Assembly (NCBI RefSeq): GCF_003314995.1
Contig: NZ_QNRH01000014.1
Coordinates: 4,056 to 36,055, forward strand
Origin: Pseudochrobactrum asaccharolyticum
GTDB taxonomy: Bacteria; Pseudomonadota; Alphaproteobacteria; Rhizobiales; Rhizobiaceae
Direction: 5' to 3'
Length of the DNA stretch: 32,000 bases
Shown here: in pieces, positions 1 to 9,292 of the stretch
How positions within the stretch are numbered: position 1 is the stretch's first letter
Layout: the number at the start of each line of letters is the position of its first letter
Notes under the pieces: generated by a model
The model's database searches: none
Seen by the model: the letters and a program-made list of their open reading frames with translations, nothing else
What the model was told of the DNA's origin: nothing
Made by a program: the position numbers and the translations under genes

Positions 1-304
1 GCAGCATGTTGGTATGACTAGGGTTGTTTATATTACGTAAATGCCTTTTTCGTGATGCTAACCAAATTTTACAAATAGTCGGTACTATTGAGGGTGGCTT
101 TATTCCTCATTTCCATTTGGTCAGTCCCATCAAGTCATCCGGGCGAATGGAAAGACATATTGGTAGTGGAGACTTGTTGAGTTTCAAATATTGCAATCGT
201 TATATTTATGTGTATATAGCGATTGGCAGTATTTGAATGAAATGTATTAGATCATGTAGTGTGCGTGCTGTTGCAAGGCTAAGTGCTCGTCGCTATATTG
301 AGGC

Positions 305-1153
305 ATGTCTGATGCATTAAGGATAGCAAGTGGTCGCTTCGGGAGGGTGGCTCTACTTGATATGGACAAACCTCTCGTACGCCATGCGCATCCGCATTGT
401 CACGTCCTGCTGAAGGTAGAGGGCGCGGATACCCAATTCTCTGTAAAAGACAGCTTGGTTCCTCTGACGGATGAAAGTGCAGTGCTCATCAATTCGTGGG
501 AGCCGCATGCCTATGAACATAACTGCATGATGCCCAAAACAATTATTTTGGCTCTGTATGTTGAACCAAAATGGCTCAGTTATTTCCGGCCAAACTGGGC
601 GGCGAGCAATTCTCCTGACTTTTTTGAGAAGAATGTTGGCGCGATTACGCCGCACATTCATAGCCTTACACGTACTCTGGCCGAAGCTATGATGTACGAA
701 CCTGAAAACGCCAAATACCATGAGACACTGCTTGCCGATTTGATGATCGCAGTGATCGAACGGTTTACGGCGTGGAAGGATGTGCAGGTCTCGGTTCGCG
801 ATATTGCAAGCCTGACATCTATTGATTTCAGAATCCGCAAGGCGATCCGGTTGATGAAGGAAGCACCGGAAACCATTGCCGATTTGGACGGATTGGCTTC
901 TAGCGTTGGTCTTTCCCGCGCACATTTTTATCGGCTGTTTGAAAGCGCTACGGGCGTTAGTCCGCGTATCTATATTAATGTCCAGAGGGTAGAGCAGGCT
1001 GTGATGGCACTATCTGACGGGTCGGTTCCGCTGGCGACAGTCGCTGATAGGCTCGGCTTTTCAGCCTCGTCACATTTCTCGAGATTTTTCCATGATAATG
1101 TCGGATCTACACCCAGTAGCTTTCGAAGTGCATCATTTCTCGCCAGCAAATAA
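305..1153 (+). CDS. AraC/XylS-family transcriptional regulator (282 aa)
   Basis: The C-terminal double HTH is typical of AraC (GLSRAHFYRLFESATGVSPRIY and VADRLGFSASSHFSRFFHDNVGSTPSSFR). The N-terminal half is His-rich and looks like a sensor domain. The gene lies directly upstream of, and co-oriented with, the Mo-hydroxylase operon. Confidence 0.85.
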   Translation: MSDALRIASGRFGRVALLDMDKPLVRHAHPHCHVLLKVEGADTQFSVKDSLVPLTDESAVLINSWEPHAYEHNCMMPKTIILALYVEPKWLSYFRPNWAASNSPDFFEKNVGAITPHIHSLTRTLAEAMMYEPENAKYHETLLADLMIAVIERFTAWKDVQVSVRDIASLTSIDFRIRKAIRLMKEAPETIADLDGLASSVGLSRAHFYRLFESATGVSPRIYINVQRVEQAVMALSDGSVPLATVADRLGFSASSHFSRFFHDNVGSTPSSFRSASFLASK

Positions 1154-1260
1154 TGAGACGATTTGGTAATTCGTAAGACAACCGGGCATCGAAACTGCAT
1201 CTTTAAAATTTCATAATCTCTTGTAGGCGCGGCTTAAAAAGCGCTGCAGGGGATTGGTGA

Positions 1261-4230
1261 ATGAATAGGCCTGAGAGCTCAAATAAATTTTTGGGTCAGT
1301 CTGTTGAACGTGTAGAAGACGCAAGTCTTTTGCTCGGGCGTGGCCGTTACATCGACGATTTACCCATTCGCAAAGATACAGCATATCTGGCAATCCTGCG
1401 GTCACCTCATGGTCATGCGCAATTGATATCGATTGATGTCAGTTCTGCTCTGGCTTTAGAGGGTGTGCATACCGTTATCACCGGTGAGGAGATCGCAAAT
1501 TATACGCGCAGCCTCACCGTTGGCGTGAAAGCGAATGTTGAATGCTGGCCAATTGCACGTGACAGAGTGCGCTATGTTGGTGAGCCAGTAGCGCTTGTTG
1601 TTGCTGACACGCGATATATTGCAGAAGACGCACTGGAACTCATTGCCGTTGAATATGAAATTCTGCCGTCAATCATCGATCCGGAAGCCGCCTTGTTGCC
1701 GGATGCCGTCATCTTACATCCAACTCTTGGCACCAATCTGATCAATGAACGAAAGTTTCGCTATGGTGATCCAGAAGCGGCTTTTGAGCGCGCTGAACAC
1801 CGTGTCTCCATTCGAATTGCCTATCCCCGTAATTCCTGTACGCCAATTGAAACTTATGGCCTCATTGCCGAATATAATCCGGGCGATGATGCCTATGATA
1901 TTACAGCAAATTTTCAGGGGCCGTTTTCTATTCATGCGGTGATTTCCCGTGCTTTAAACACACCGAGCAACCGTGTGCGGTTAAGGACGCCACCAGATTC
2001 AGGCGGCTCCTTCGGGGTTAAGCAGGGGGTGTTTCCGTATATCATTTTAGCGGCCGTTGCTGCACGTATTGCGCAAAAGCCGGTCAAGTGGATTGAAGAT
2101 CGCCTTGAGCATCTTACTGCATCTGTATCGGCTACAAACCGCGTTACGACCCTTGAAGCCGCTGTATCTGCGCAAGGCAAGATCCTCGCGCTGGACTGGG
2201 ATCAACTTGAGGATTGCGGCGCACATTTACGCGCACCGGAGCCTGCAACATTATATCGAATGCACGGCAATATGACCGGTGCATACGATATCCAGAATGT
2301 CTGTATTCGAAATCGGGTTGTCCTGACGAATAAAACACCGACAGGCCTCAATCGCGGATTTGGCGGCCCGCAAGTGTATTTCGCACTTGAGAGATTGGTT
2401 CATCGCATTGCCGATGAACTTGGTTTGGACCGACTGGACGTCATTCGTACAAATTTGATACAGGCGCATGCCTTCCCATATCGCACTGCAACCGGAAGCC
2501 TTTATGATTCCGGCGATTATCAGGCGGCATTAGAGCTTGCGGTGAAAGATGGTGGTCTATCCGCGCTTTACGAAAAGCGTGACCGGCTGCGCTCAGAGGG
2601 GCGCATTTATGGCATCGGGCTAACAGCTGCCGTTGAGCCAAGTGTTTCCAATATGGGATATATCACGACCGTATTGACCCCGCAGGAACGCACTAAGGCC
2701 GGGCCTAAGAATGGATCGCAGGCTGTGGCAACTCTTTCGATTGATCCATTGGGGGCTGTTATCATCAAGGTTGCTTCTGTTCCGCAAGGACAGGGGCACA
2801 GAACTGTCTTGGCGCAAGTTGTTGCTGATAAGCTTTCGCTGCCGTTTGCATCAATCCGGGTCAATACTGAGCTTGATACCAATAGAGATGCATGGTCGAT
2901 CGCCTCAGGCAATTATGCCAGCCGGTTTGCCCCAGCAGTCGCAGGTGCTGTCGCGCTTGCAGCGGATAAAGTTCGTCACAAACTCATAGCCATTGCTGCA
3001 CATATGCTCAGTGAAACACCTGAGGCAATCCGCTTGGAAGACGGCGCTTTCATTCACAAAGATGATCCAAACCGCCGGATCTCTTTTGCCCGTGTTGCCG
3101 CCGCCAGTCATTGGGCGCCCGGTACGCTTCCTGACAGTGTTGACCAGACGATTCAGGAAACTGTTTTCTGGACACCGCCTGAGCTGGTTGCCCCGACACA
3201 GGAAGATGGCATCAACTCATCACTGTGCCATGGGTTTATTTTCGATTTCTGCGGCATTGAGATCGATCAAAACACAGGTTCAATTCATATCGATAAATAT
3301 GTGACCATGCATGACTGCGGGACAATTTTGCACCCGGGTATGGTGGACGGCCAAGTGCGCGGCGCATTTGCGCAGGCTGTCGGCGCATCGCTGTTTGAAG
3401 AATATACCTATGGTTCTGATGGAAGTTTTCAGGCCGGTACGCTGGCTGATTACCTGATACCTACCGTGATGGAAGTGCCAGATCTGCATATCATGCATTT
3501 TGAGACACCTTCACCATTTACGCCGCTCGGCGCTAAAGGGGTTGGTGAAGGCAATTGTATGTCAACGCCTGTCTGTATCGCGAATGCGATTGCAGATGCT
3601 TTGAGCATCAGAGATGTCACTTTACCTGTCACACCAAGCGTCTTGGCTGAATATATCTTTGAGGAAGAAAAACCATCCTCAAAACCTGCCGGTCAAGTGG
3701 AGGCCATCTCTGGCAATGCCAGCGACCGTAAGCTGACCGGTGAGGGCAGTGCAATGGTTGCCATGCCGCGCGATAAAGTTTGGGACCTGCTACTCGATCC
3801 GAAGACCCTTCAGGCGGTGATCCCCGGCGCCCATGACGTGCGGAAAATTTCAGATACGCATTACCGGGCTGAGGTAACGCTTGGTGTTGGCCCTGTCAAA
3901 GGCCGTTATAAAGCGGATATCAAGCTGTCAGACATGCAAAAGCCAGAGAAGGTGACACTTTCCGGTGGCACAGAAGGTGCGTTGGGCTCCGGTAAAGGGG
4001 TGGGACGCATTACCTTAACTGAAGCCGATGGCGGTACACGCATTGATTACACTTATGAGGCGGCGGTCGGCGGAAAAGTTGCATCTGTCGGCGGACGCTT
4101 ACTCGATGGCGCTGCCCGCGTTGTCATTGGCCAGTTTTTCCAGTCATTAGCCCGATTTATTGGTGGTCCAGGCCACCAGAAGACAGGTTTTATCGCGCGT
4201 ATAATCCGTTTCTTCAGGAGGCAGTCATGA
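1261..4230 (+). CDS. Xanthine-dehydrogenase/CoxL-family molybdopterin-binding large subunit with a fused C-terminal CoxG/SRPBCC domain (989 aa). Putative 2-furoyl-CoA dehydrogenase large subunit (HmfA-like).
   Basis: The N-terminus (GQSVERVEDASLLLGRGRYIDDL) and the GGSFGVKQG motif are typical of Mo-hydroxylase large subunits. Residues ~823-989 (KLTGEGSAMVAMPRDKVWDLLLDP...GPVKGRYKADIKL...GGRLLDGAARVVIGQFFQSL) resemble CoxG. An ATGA overlap links it to the next gene. The gene order matches hmfABCDE. Confidence 0.9.
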   Translation: MNRPESSNKFLGQSVERVEDASLLLGRGRYIDDLPIRKDTAYLAILRSPHGHAQLISIDVSSALALEGVHTVITGEEIANYTRSLTVGVKANVECWPIARDRVRYVGEPVALVVADTRYIAEDALELIAVEYEILPSIIDPEAALLPDAVILHPTLGTNLINERKFRYGDPEAAFERAEHRVSIRIAYPRNSCTPIETYGLIAEYNPGDDAYDITANFQGPFSIHAVISRALNTPSNRVRLRTPPDSGGSFGVKQGVFPYIILAAVAARIAQKPVKWIEDRLEHLTASVSATNRVTTLEAAVSAQGKILALDWDQLEDCGAHLRAPEPATLYRMHGNMTGAYDIQNVCIRNRVVLTNKTPTGLNRGFGGPQVYFALERLVHRIADELGLDRLDVIRTNLIQAHAFPYRTATGSLYDSGDYQAALELAVKDGGLSALYEKRDRLRSEGRIYGIGLTAAVEPSVSNMGYITTVLTPQERTKAGPKNGSQAVATLSIDPLGAVIIKVASVPQGQGHRTVLAQVVADKLSLPFASIRVNTELDTNRDAWSIASGNYASRFAPAVAGAVALAADKVRHKLIAIAAHMLSETPEAIRLEDGAFIHKDDPNRRISFARVAAASHWAPGTLPDSVDQTIQETVFWTPPELVAPTQEDGINSSLCHGFIFDFCGIEIDQNTGSIHIDKYVTMHDCGTILHPGMVDGQVRGAFAQAVGASLFEEYTYGSDGSFQAGTLADYLIPTVMEVPDLHIMHFETPSPFTPLGAKGVGEGNCMSTPVCIANAIADALSIRDVTLPVTPSVLAEYIFEEEKPSSKPAGQVEAISGNASDRKLTGEGSAMVAMPRDKVWDLLLDPKTLQAVIPGAHDVRKISDTHYRAEVTLGVGPVKGRYKADIKLSDMQKPEKVTLSGGTEGALGSGKGVGRITLTEADGGTRIDYTYEAAVGGKVASVGGRLLDGAARVVIGQFFQSLARFIGGPGHQKTGFIARIIRFFRRQS

Positions 4231-5054
4231 AGCCTTTTTCATTTGATTATTGCCGTCCTGAGAGCATCGAAGAGGCCGCAAATATCTTGTTTGAAGCTGG
4301 CAGCGAAGCCCGGATACTTGCAGGCGGCCAGTCTTTGGTGCCAATGCTTAATATGCGCTTGGCCAAGCCAGCCGTGCTGATTGATATCATGCATATCGAG
4401 AGCCTGTCCAAGATCAGCGATGGGGCGAAAGAGGTTGTTGTTGGTGCTGGTGTTCGTCAGGCAAGCCTGGAAAAATGGTCAGGGCTGTCAACCAAGCTGC
4501 CTCTTCTGGCCGTAACAATGCCGTGGATTGGTCATGTGCAAACGCGATCACGCGGCACGGTTTGCGGATCAGTTGCGCATGCCGATCCAAGTGCTGAGCT
4601 TCCGCTTTCTCTTCTGGCATTAGATGGCAGTGTGACTGTTCGCTCCAAGAAAAATATCCGAAAAATTAAAGCGGCAGACTTCTTCATTGGCATGATGGCC
4701 ACCGATCTTGGCGATCAGGAAATGATTGAAAGTGTTTCCTTTCCGGTGGCTATTACAGGTGCCGGTTATGCTTTCAAAGAGATTGCCAGACGTCACGGGG
4801 ATTTTGCAATCGTTGGCTGTGCAGCAATCGTCTCGAAAGACGCAACCCGATTAGCAATTTCAGGGGTTGATGATCATCCTCGCGTCTTTAGTTTGCCCAA
4901 AATTGACACCGACCAGTTCGATGACGCACTCAACGATATCGCCTGGGACTTGAATGCCCGCAGCGATACGCATGCCAGCGCGCGCTACAGGCGGGAACTG
5001 GTGCGCCGTCTTGGAAAGCAAACGCTTTTGGAGGCGTATAAATGTCAAAATTAA
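4227..5054 (+). CDS. Mo-hydroxylase FAD-binding (CoxM-like) medium subunit, HmfB-like (275 aa)
   Basis: FSFDYCRPESIEEAANIL...ILAGGQSLVPMLNMRLAKPAVLIDI is the classic FAD_binding_5 start of CoxM/XdhB-type subunits. The start overlaps the upstream stop (ATGA). Confidence 0.92.
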   Translation: MKPFSFDYCRPESIEEAANILFEAGSEARILAGGQSLVPMLNMRLAKPAVLIDIMHIESLSKISDGAKEVVVGAGVRQASLEKWSGLSTKLPLLAVTMPWIGHVQTRSRGTVCGSVAHADPSAELPLSLLALDGSVTVRSKKNIRKIKAADFFIGMMATDLGDQEMIESVSFPVAITGAGYAFKEIARRHGDFAIVGCAAIVSKDATRLAISGVDDHPRVFSLPKIDTDQFDDALNDIAWDLNARSDTHASARYRRELVRRLGKQTLLEAYKCQN

Positions 5055-5554
5055 TCGCAGGCAAGAAGCATCCGGTTTCCTTCACGCTGAATGGGCGGAG
5101 TGTCACGGTAGAAGCAGAAAACAGAATGCTTTTATCGGATTTACTTCGCCATGAGTGTGGTGCAACCGGAACACATGTTGGATGCGAGCATGGCGTTTGT
5201 GGCGCATGCACCGTTCAAATTGACGGTGTATTAGCGCGAGCCTGTCTGACAATGGCCGCTCAAGCCGCAGGCACAACTATCCGTACAGTTGAGTCCCTAG
5301 CGGAAGACCCCATGGAATTAACGCCTCTTCAGGCGGCCTTTAAAAAATATCATGGTTTGCAGTGCGGGTTCTGTACGCCTGGAATACTCATGTCGCTCGA
5401 TCACTTGCAGACAATAAACCCACATGCAGGGAAAAGTGAAATTGAAGACTACCTGTCGGGGCATTTATGCCGTTGCACAGGTTATGCAAGCATAGTGGAG
5501 GCAGCAATTTCTGCATTTAATGAACAGATGAGGGGAGAGGATCGGAATGTTTGA
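5042..5554 (+). CDS. Mo-hydroxylase (2Fe-2S)-binding small subunit, CoxS/HmfC-like (170 aa)
   Basis: Two Fe-S cysteine clusters are present: CEHGVCGACTV and CGFCTPG...CRCTGY. The gene overlaps both neighbours. Confidence 0.93.
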   Translation: MSKLIAGKKHPVSFTLNGRSVTVEAENRMLLSDLLRHECGATGTHVGCEHGVCGACTVQIDGVLARACLTMAAQAAGTTIRTVESLAEDPMELTPLQAAFKKYHGLQCGFCTPGILMSLDHLQTINPHAGKSEIEDYLSGHLCRCTGYASIVEAAISAFNEQMRGEDRNV

Positions 5555-7046
5555 TTTGGGCACAAGTTTTAAAGCAAGTGTTCTTCGCGATCCGAATACA
5601 GTGGCGATCGTGGATGGGGATACACGACTTACTTACCAGCAGTGGTATCGTAAAGTATCAAGCATTGTTGCGAGCCTTGATGGTTTTGGGCTTGTAAATG
5701 GCGATCACATTCTTGTCGTTATGCAAAATCGCTGGGAATATGCATCCTTGCATTGGGCTTGTCAGTTTCGCGGGATCATCGTCACGCCTCTTAATTGGAG
5801 AGCGAAAACAGACGAAATTGATTACGCTGTTACCGATGCCCATGCAAAAGCAATATTTTACGAGGATGCTACAGCAGAAGCCGTATTGAGCTCTGTTGAA
5901 GCGGGCAAAATACCCAATATCTGTACCAATAAGCTGCATGAGATCATGCAGGCCTCAGCACCAGATGCAGAGCCGCACGCTGATGCCAATGACTGGTCGC
6001 TGATGCTTTATACGTCAGGGACGACTTCAAAACCCAAAGGGGTTCCAAGGCGGCATCGTGCCGAGCGGGCGGGTGCATTGGCTCATGTCGCCCAGAATCT
6101 ATACAGGAACGGAGAAATCACCTTAGGCGTCATGCCGCTCTATCATACGATGGGGGTTCGCTCACTTCTTGCGTCTTCATTGACGGGCGGTACTTTCGTG
6201 TGTTTGCCACGATTTGATGCAGGTAAAGCGATTGATCTGATCGAGCAGGAAAATATTACCAACCTGTATTTGGTGCCAACGCTTTATCATGATGTTGTGC
6301 ATCATCCTGAATTCACACCGGAACGCGTCAAGTCTGTCACGAAATTAGGCTATGCAGGGGCCTCAATGACAGACGGTCTGCTGAAGAAACTAAATGAGAC
6401 TTTTGCGCCTGATTTATTCGTAAACCATTATGGTTCTTCCGAGATTTATACATTTACGATTGATCAGAAAGCCGCTTTGAAACCTGGCTCTGCTGGTCGC
6501 TCCGGTATCAATCAAATGATCCAGGTTGCCAAGCTGGGGGCGAACTCGCCAACAGACCTTGCTGACACGCGTGAAGAGGGTGAGATCATTGCTTCTCTAA
6601 AGGGTGATGAGGCATTTGAGGGGTATTGGAACCGTCCGGAAGCCGACCTTAAAGCCCTGAAAGATGGCTGGTACTTCACAGGCGACACCGGTTTTGTCGA
6701 CGAAGATGGCGATCTGTTCGTCACCGGCCGCGTTGATGACATGATCATTACTGGTGGTGAGAATGTATCACCGGTAGAAGTTGAAAGCTTCTTATCGCTC
6801 CATCCAAATGTTGATGAAGTTGCCGTTGTCGGCTTGCCGGATGAACGCTGGGGACAACTGGTAACAGCATTCGTCAAAAAGAATGGCGAAATTACCTCTG
6901 AGCAGCTCGATCAGTATTGCAGAGGTTCCAATCTGGCGAACTTCAGGCGGCCGCGTCAGTTTATCTTCGTAAAAAATATTCCAAAATCACCAGTCGGGAA
7001 AGTCTTGCGCCGGATGCTTGTCGCCGGTGATTACACACCTGAATAA
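5547..7046 (+). CDS. AMP-dependent acyl-CoA synthetase; putative 2-furoate-CoA ligase (HmfD-like, 499 aa)
   Basis: AMP-binding motif LYTSGTTSKPKGV, plus YFTGDTG and a C-terminal PKSPVGKVLRR. It occupies the position of hmfD, after the three dehydrogenase subunits. Confidence 0.88.
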   Translation: MFDLGTSFKASVLRDPNTVAIVDGDTRLTYQQWYRKVSSIVASLDGFGLVNGDHILVVMQNRWEYASLHWACQFRGIIVTPLNWRAKTDEIDYAVTDAHAKAIFYEDATAEAVLSSVEAGKIPNICTNKLHEIMQASAPDAEPHADANDWSLMLYTSGTTSKPKGVPRRHRAERAGALAHVAQNLYRNGEITLGVMPLYHTMGVRSLLASSLTGGTFVCLPRFDAGKAIDLIEQENITNLYLVPTLYHDVVHHPEFTPERVKSVTKLGYAGASMTDGLLKKLNETFAPDLFVNHYGSSEIYTFTIDQKAALKPGSAGRSGINQMIQVAKLGANSPTDLADTREEGEIIASLKGDEAFEGYWNRPEADLKALKDGWYFTGDTGFVDEDGDLFVTGRVDDMIITGGENVSPVEVESFLSLHPNVDEVAVVGLPDERWGQLVTAFVKKNGEITSEQLDQYCRGSNLANFRRPRQFIFVKNIPKSPVGKVLRRMLVAGDYTPE

Positions 7047-7089
7047 AATATCATCAAAATTAGTAATGCATGAGAATGAGGCAATCCCA

Positions 7090-7896
7090 ATGGAAGTGAA
7101 CGCACAATTTAATGACCCGCGTCTGGAGAAACTCGATGGTTTCACCGTTACAATTAACAGTGAAAGTCAGCGTGCAAATATTACACTGAACCGTCCCCCA
7201 TATAATGTTGTCTCAATGGTTGAGCGGGATCAGCTGCGTCTTGTTTTTGAAGCCCTGGATGAAGACGAGAGCATCCGCATCATCGTTGTTTCCGGCGAGG
7301 GAGAACACTTTTCTTCTGGCGGACACATCAAGGGATTTTTGGAATCCAGCCCTGAACATGTCTCCAAACTTGCATGGAACATTGCAGCTCCTGCACGTTG
7401 TTCCAAGCCGGTTATTGCTGCAAACCGTGGTTATTGTTTCGGCGTTGGTTTTGAACTGTCACTGGCATGCGATTTCCGCATCGTGACAGAAACAACACGT
7501 TATGCACTGCCTGAGCAGAAACTTGGTCAGATCCCAGGTTCCGGTGGTTCGGCACGCTTGCAAAAAATGGTTGGCGTTACACGCACTAAAAATATCGTTA
7601 TGCGTTCAAAACGTATAACCGGCCAGCAGGCCTATGATTGGGGGATTGCCTCAGAAATCGTAAGCAATGACGATCTTGAGAAAGCGGTTGATGATCTCGT
7701 CGCTGAACTGCTCACATTCTCCCCATTGGCACAGCGCACAGCCAAGAAACTGCTCAATGATACAGATGATGCACTGTTGTCGACTGCAATTGAACTTGAA
7801 GGCCATTGCTACAGTCGTTTGCGTTCATCGGAAGACTTCAAGGAAGGCGTTACAGCGTTCCATGAAAAGCGTGAGCCAAAATTCACCGGAAAATAA
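7090..7896 (+). CDS. Enoyl-CoA hydratase/isomerase (crotonase) family protein; putative 2-oxoglutaroyl-CoA hydrolase (HmfE-like, 268 aa from ATG 7090)
   Basis: Crotonase core GYCFGVGFELSLACDFRI...LPEQKLGQIPGSGGSARL and C-terminal FKEGVTAFHEKREPKF. The ORF is open from 7018. ATG 7090 has a GAGG 8 nt upstream and does not overlap the ligase gene; 7066 and 7018 are alternative starts. Confidence 0.85.
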   Translation: MEVNAQFNDPRLEKLDGFTVTINSESQRANITLNRPPYNVVSMVERDQLRLVFEALDEDESIRIIVVSGEGEHFSSGGHIKGFLESSPEHVSKLAWNIAAPARCSKPVIAANRGYCFGVGFELSLACDFRIVTETTRYALPEQKLGQIPGSGGSARLQKMVGVTRTKNIVMRSKRITGQQAYDWGIASEIVSNDDLEKAVDDLVAELLTFSPLAQRTAKKLLNDTDDALLSTAIELEGHCYSRLRSSEDFKEGVTAFHEKREPKFTGK

Positions 7897-7947
7897 AACC
7901 AATAATAATAAAGGAGCAGCCTGAGAGCTGCTCCAGAGGGAGCGTCA

Positions 7948-9189
7948 ATGGGAACGATGTATGAGCGCAGTATTATTGAACGCGGGCCAGGATATGCCGC
8001 GGGAATAAGAGATTTTTCAAAATACCTGAATATCAAAACCGTAAGTGCTGGCTTTGTCGCCGCTATTTTTGGTTGTTCCGGCCCTGCATTGATTGTGATA
8101 GGTGCTGCCGGGGCAGGAAATCTGACAAATGGACAGACGGTAGCGTGGCTGTTTTCCATCTATTTTCTGGGCGGACTGATCAGTCTGATTATGGCGCTTT
8201 ATTATAAGCAGCCCATTTCAGGTGCTTATTCTATTCCCGGTGCAGCGCTGGTGGCCGGTTCTTTGGTCAGTATACCATTCGATCAGGCTGTTGGTGGTTT
8301 CATCCTTGCGGGTGTCATTGTTTTACTTCTTGGTGTGACAGGACTGATCGGTAAGATCATGCGCTGGCTGCCGATGCCGATTGTTATGGCAATGATTGCA
8401 GGCGCGCTGATCAGATTTGCGACAGGGACTGTGACGGCAGCAGGAGCAGCACCGATCATCGCTGGCTCTGCTATCGCTGCGTTCTTCATATCCATGCGTT
8501 TTATCAAGGTAGTGCCACCGGTTTTATCTGCATTGCTTGTCGGATTTATCGCGGCCTATGCAACGGGATCACTCGGTATCGCTGAAAGTGTTGTCACTTT
8601 TGCGGCGCCTGAATTTACATGGCCTACTTTTACGATTGATGCATTTTTTGCCATTGCTGTACCATTGGCACTGCTGGTGATCGGTGCTGAAAATGCGCAG
8701 GCGATTGGGGTGCTTATGACAGAAGATTACAAGCCGCCAATTAACGCCATGACTGTGATTTCAGGTATTGGTGGTATTGCTGCAGGTTGTTTAGGTGGTC
8801 ATAACGCCAATATTGCGGGCCCGATGACAGCGATCTGTTCTTCTGAGCAGGCCGGATCGGATAAAGCAGGACGTTATGCTGCATCTGTTGTGAACGGCGT
8901 ATTGTTCATGTCATTCGGACTGGTTTCAGGGCTTGCAGTGCCACTGGTATTGGCCTTGCCTGCTCCTTTGATTGCGACTGTTGCAGGGTTGGCGATGATC
9001 GGCGTATTGCTTACGGCATTTCAAAATGCCTTTGGCAAGGATCATGGAAATCAAATTGGAGCATTTGTAGCTCTGGCTGTGGCCATGTCCAATATTTCAT
9101 TGCTTGGCATTAGTGCAGCTTTCTGGGCGCTGGTCTTTGGTGTCGTCGTGTCATTGGTTGTGGAAACAAAGACCTACAAACCTGCATAA
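7948..9189 (+). CDS. BenE/YdcO-family benzoate-type carboxylate:H+ transporter (413 aa)
   Basis: A polytopic membrane protein with clear similarity to the BenE/YdcO pattern (SAGFVAAIFG...GQTVAWLFS...SGAYSIPGAALVAGSL...IMRWLPMPIVMAMIAGALIRF). GAGGGA lies upstream of the ATG. Confidence 0.85.
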   Translation: MGTMYERSIIERGPGYAAGIRDFSKYLNIKTVSAGFVAAIFGCSGPALIVIGAAGAGNLTNGQTVAWLFSIYFLGGLISLIMALYYKQPISGAYSIPGAALVAGSLVSIPFDQAVGGFILAGVIVLLLGVTGLIGKIMRWLPMPIVMAMIAGALIRFATGTVTAAGAAPIIAGSAIAAFFISMRFIKVVPPVLSALLVGFIAAYATGSLGIAESVVTFAAPEFTWPTFTIDAFFAIAVPLALLVIGAENAQAIGVLMTEDYKPPINAMTVISGIGGIAAGCLGGHNANIAGPMTAICSSEQAGSDKAGRYAASVVNGVLFMSFGLVSGLAVPLVLALPAPLIATVAGLAMIGVLLTAFQNAFGKDHGNQIGAFVALAVAMSNISLLGISAAFWALVFGVVVSLVVETKTYKPA

Positions 9190-9198
9190 ATACAAACC

Positions 9199-9238
9199 TG
9201 AACGTTGCCCTAAGACTTTGAATGTGTGGCAACGTTCA
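9199..9238. terminator. Candidate bidirectional hairpin between the convergent benE-like and ubiD-like genes
   Basis: A perfect 11-bp inverted repeat, TGAACGTTGCC (9199-9209) and GGCAACGTTCA (9228-9238), with an 18-nt loop. A T-rich run follows only on the minus-strand reading. The loop is large for an intrinsic terminator. Confidence 0.35.
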
Positions 9239-9292
9239 ACTTTATCCCCGTTATTTGACAAGTTTATTATATTTAGATCTCACGCTGAGCTT

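Noticed and set aside
24-236. 70-aa ORF at the extreme left of the window
   Set aside because: It lies in an AT-rich, promoter-like region upstream of the AraC gene. There is no RBS or motif, and the sequence is low-complexity (YIYVYIAIG).
353-925. 190-aa minus-strand ORF antisense to the AraC gene. Similar antisense ORFs lie at 6512-6877, 13879-14433, 14253-14660, 17276-17731, 18280-18774 and 19728-20156.
   Set aside because: Each lies entirely within a plus-strand gene with clear family motifs. The translations are compositionally odd (Arg/Ser/His-rich) and lack motifs.
7018-7089. Upstream start (7018 or 7066) for the HmfE-like hydratase
   Set aside because: A start at 7018 would overlap the ligase by 29 nt and has no RBS. 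ATG 7090 has GAGG at suitable spacing, and the conserved crotonase fold begins after it.
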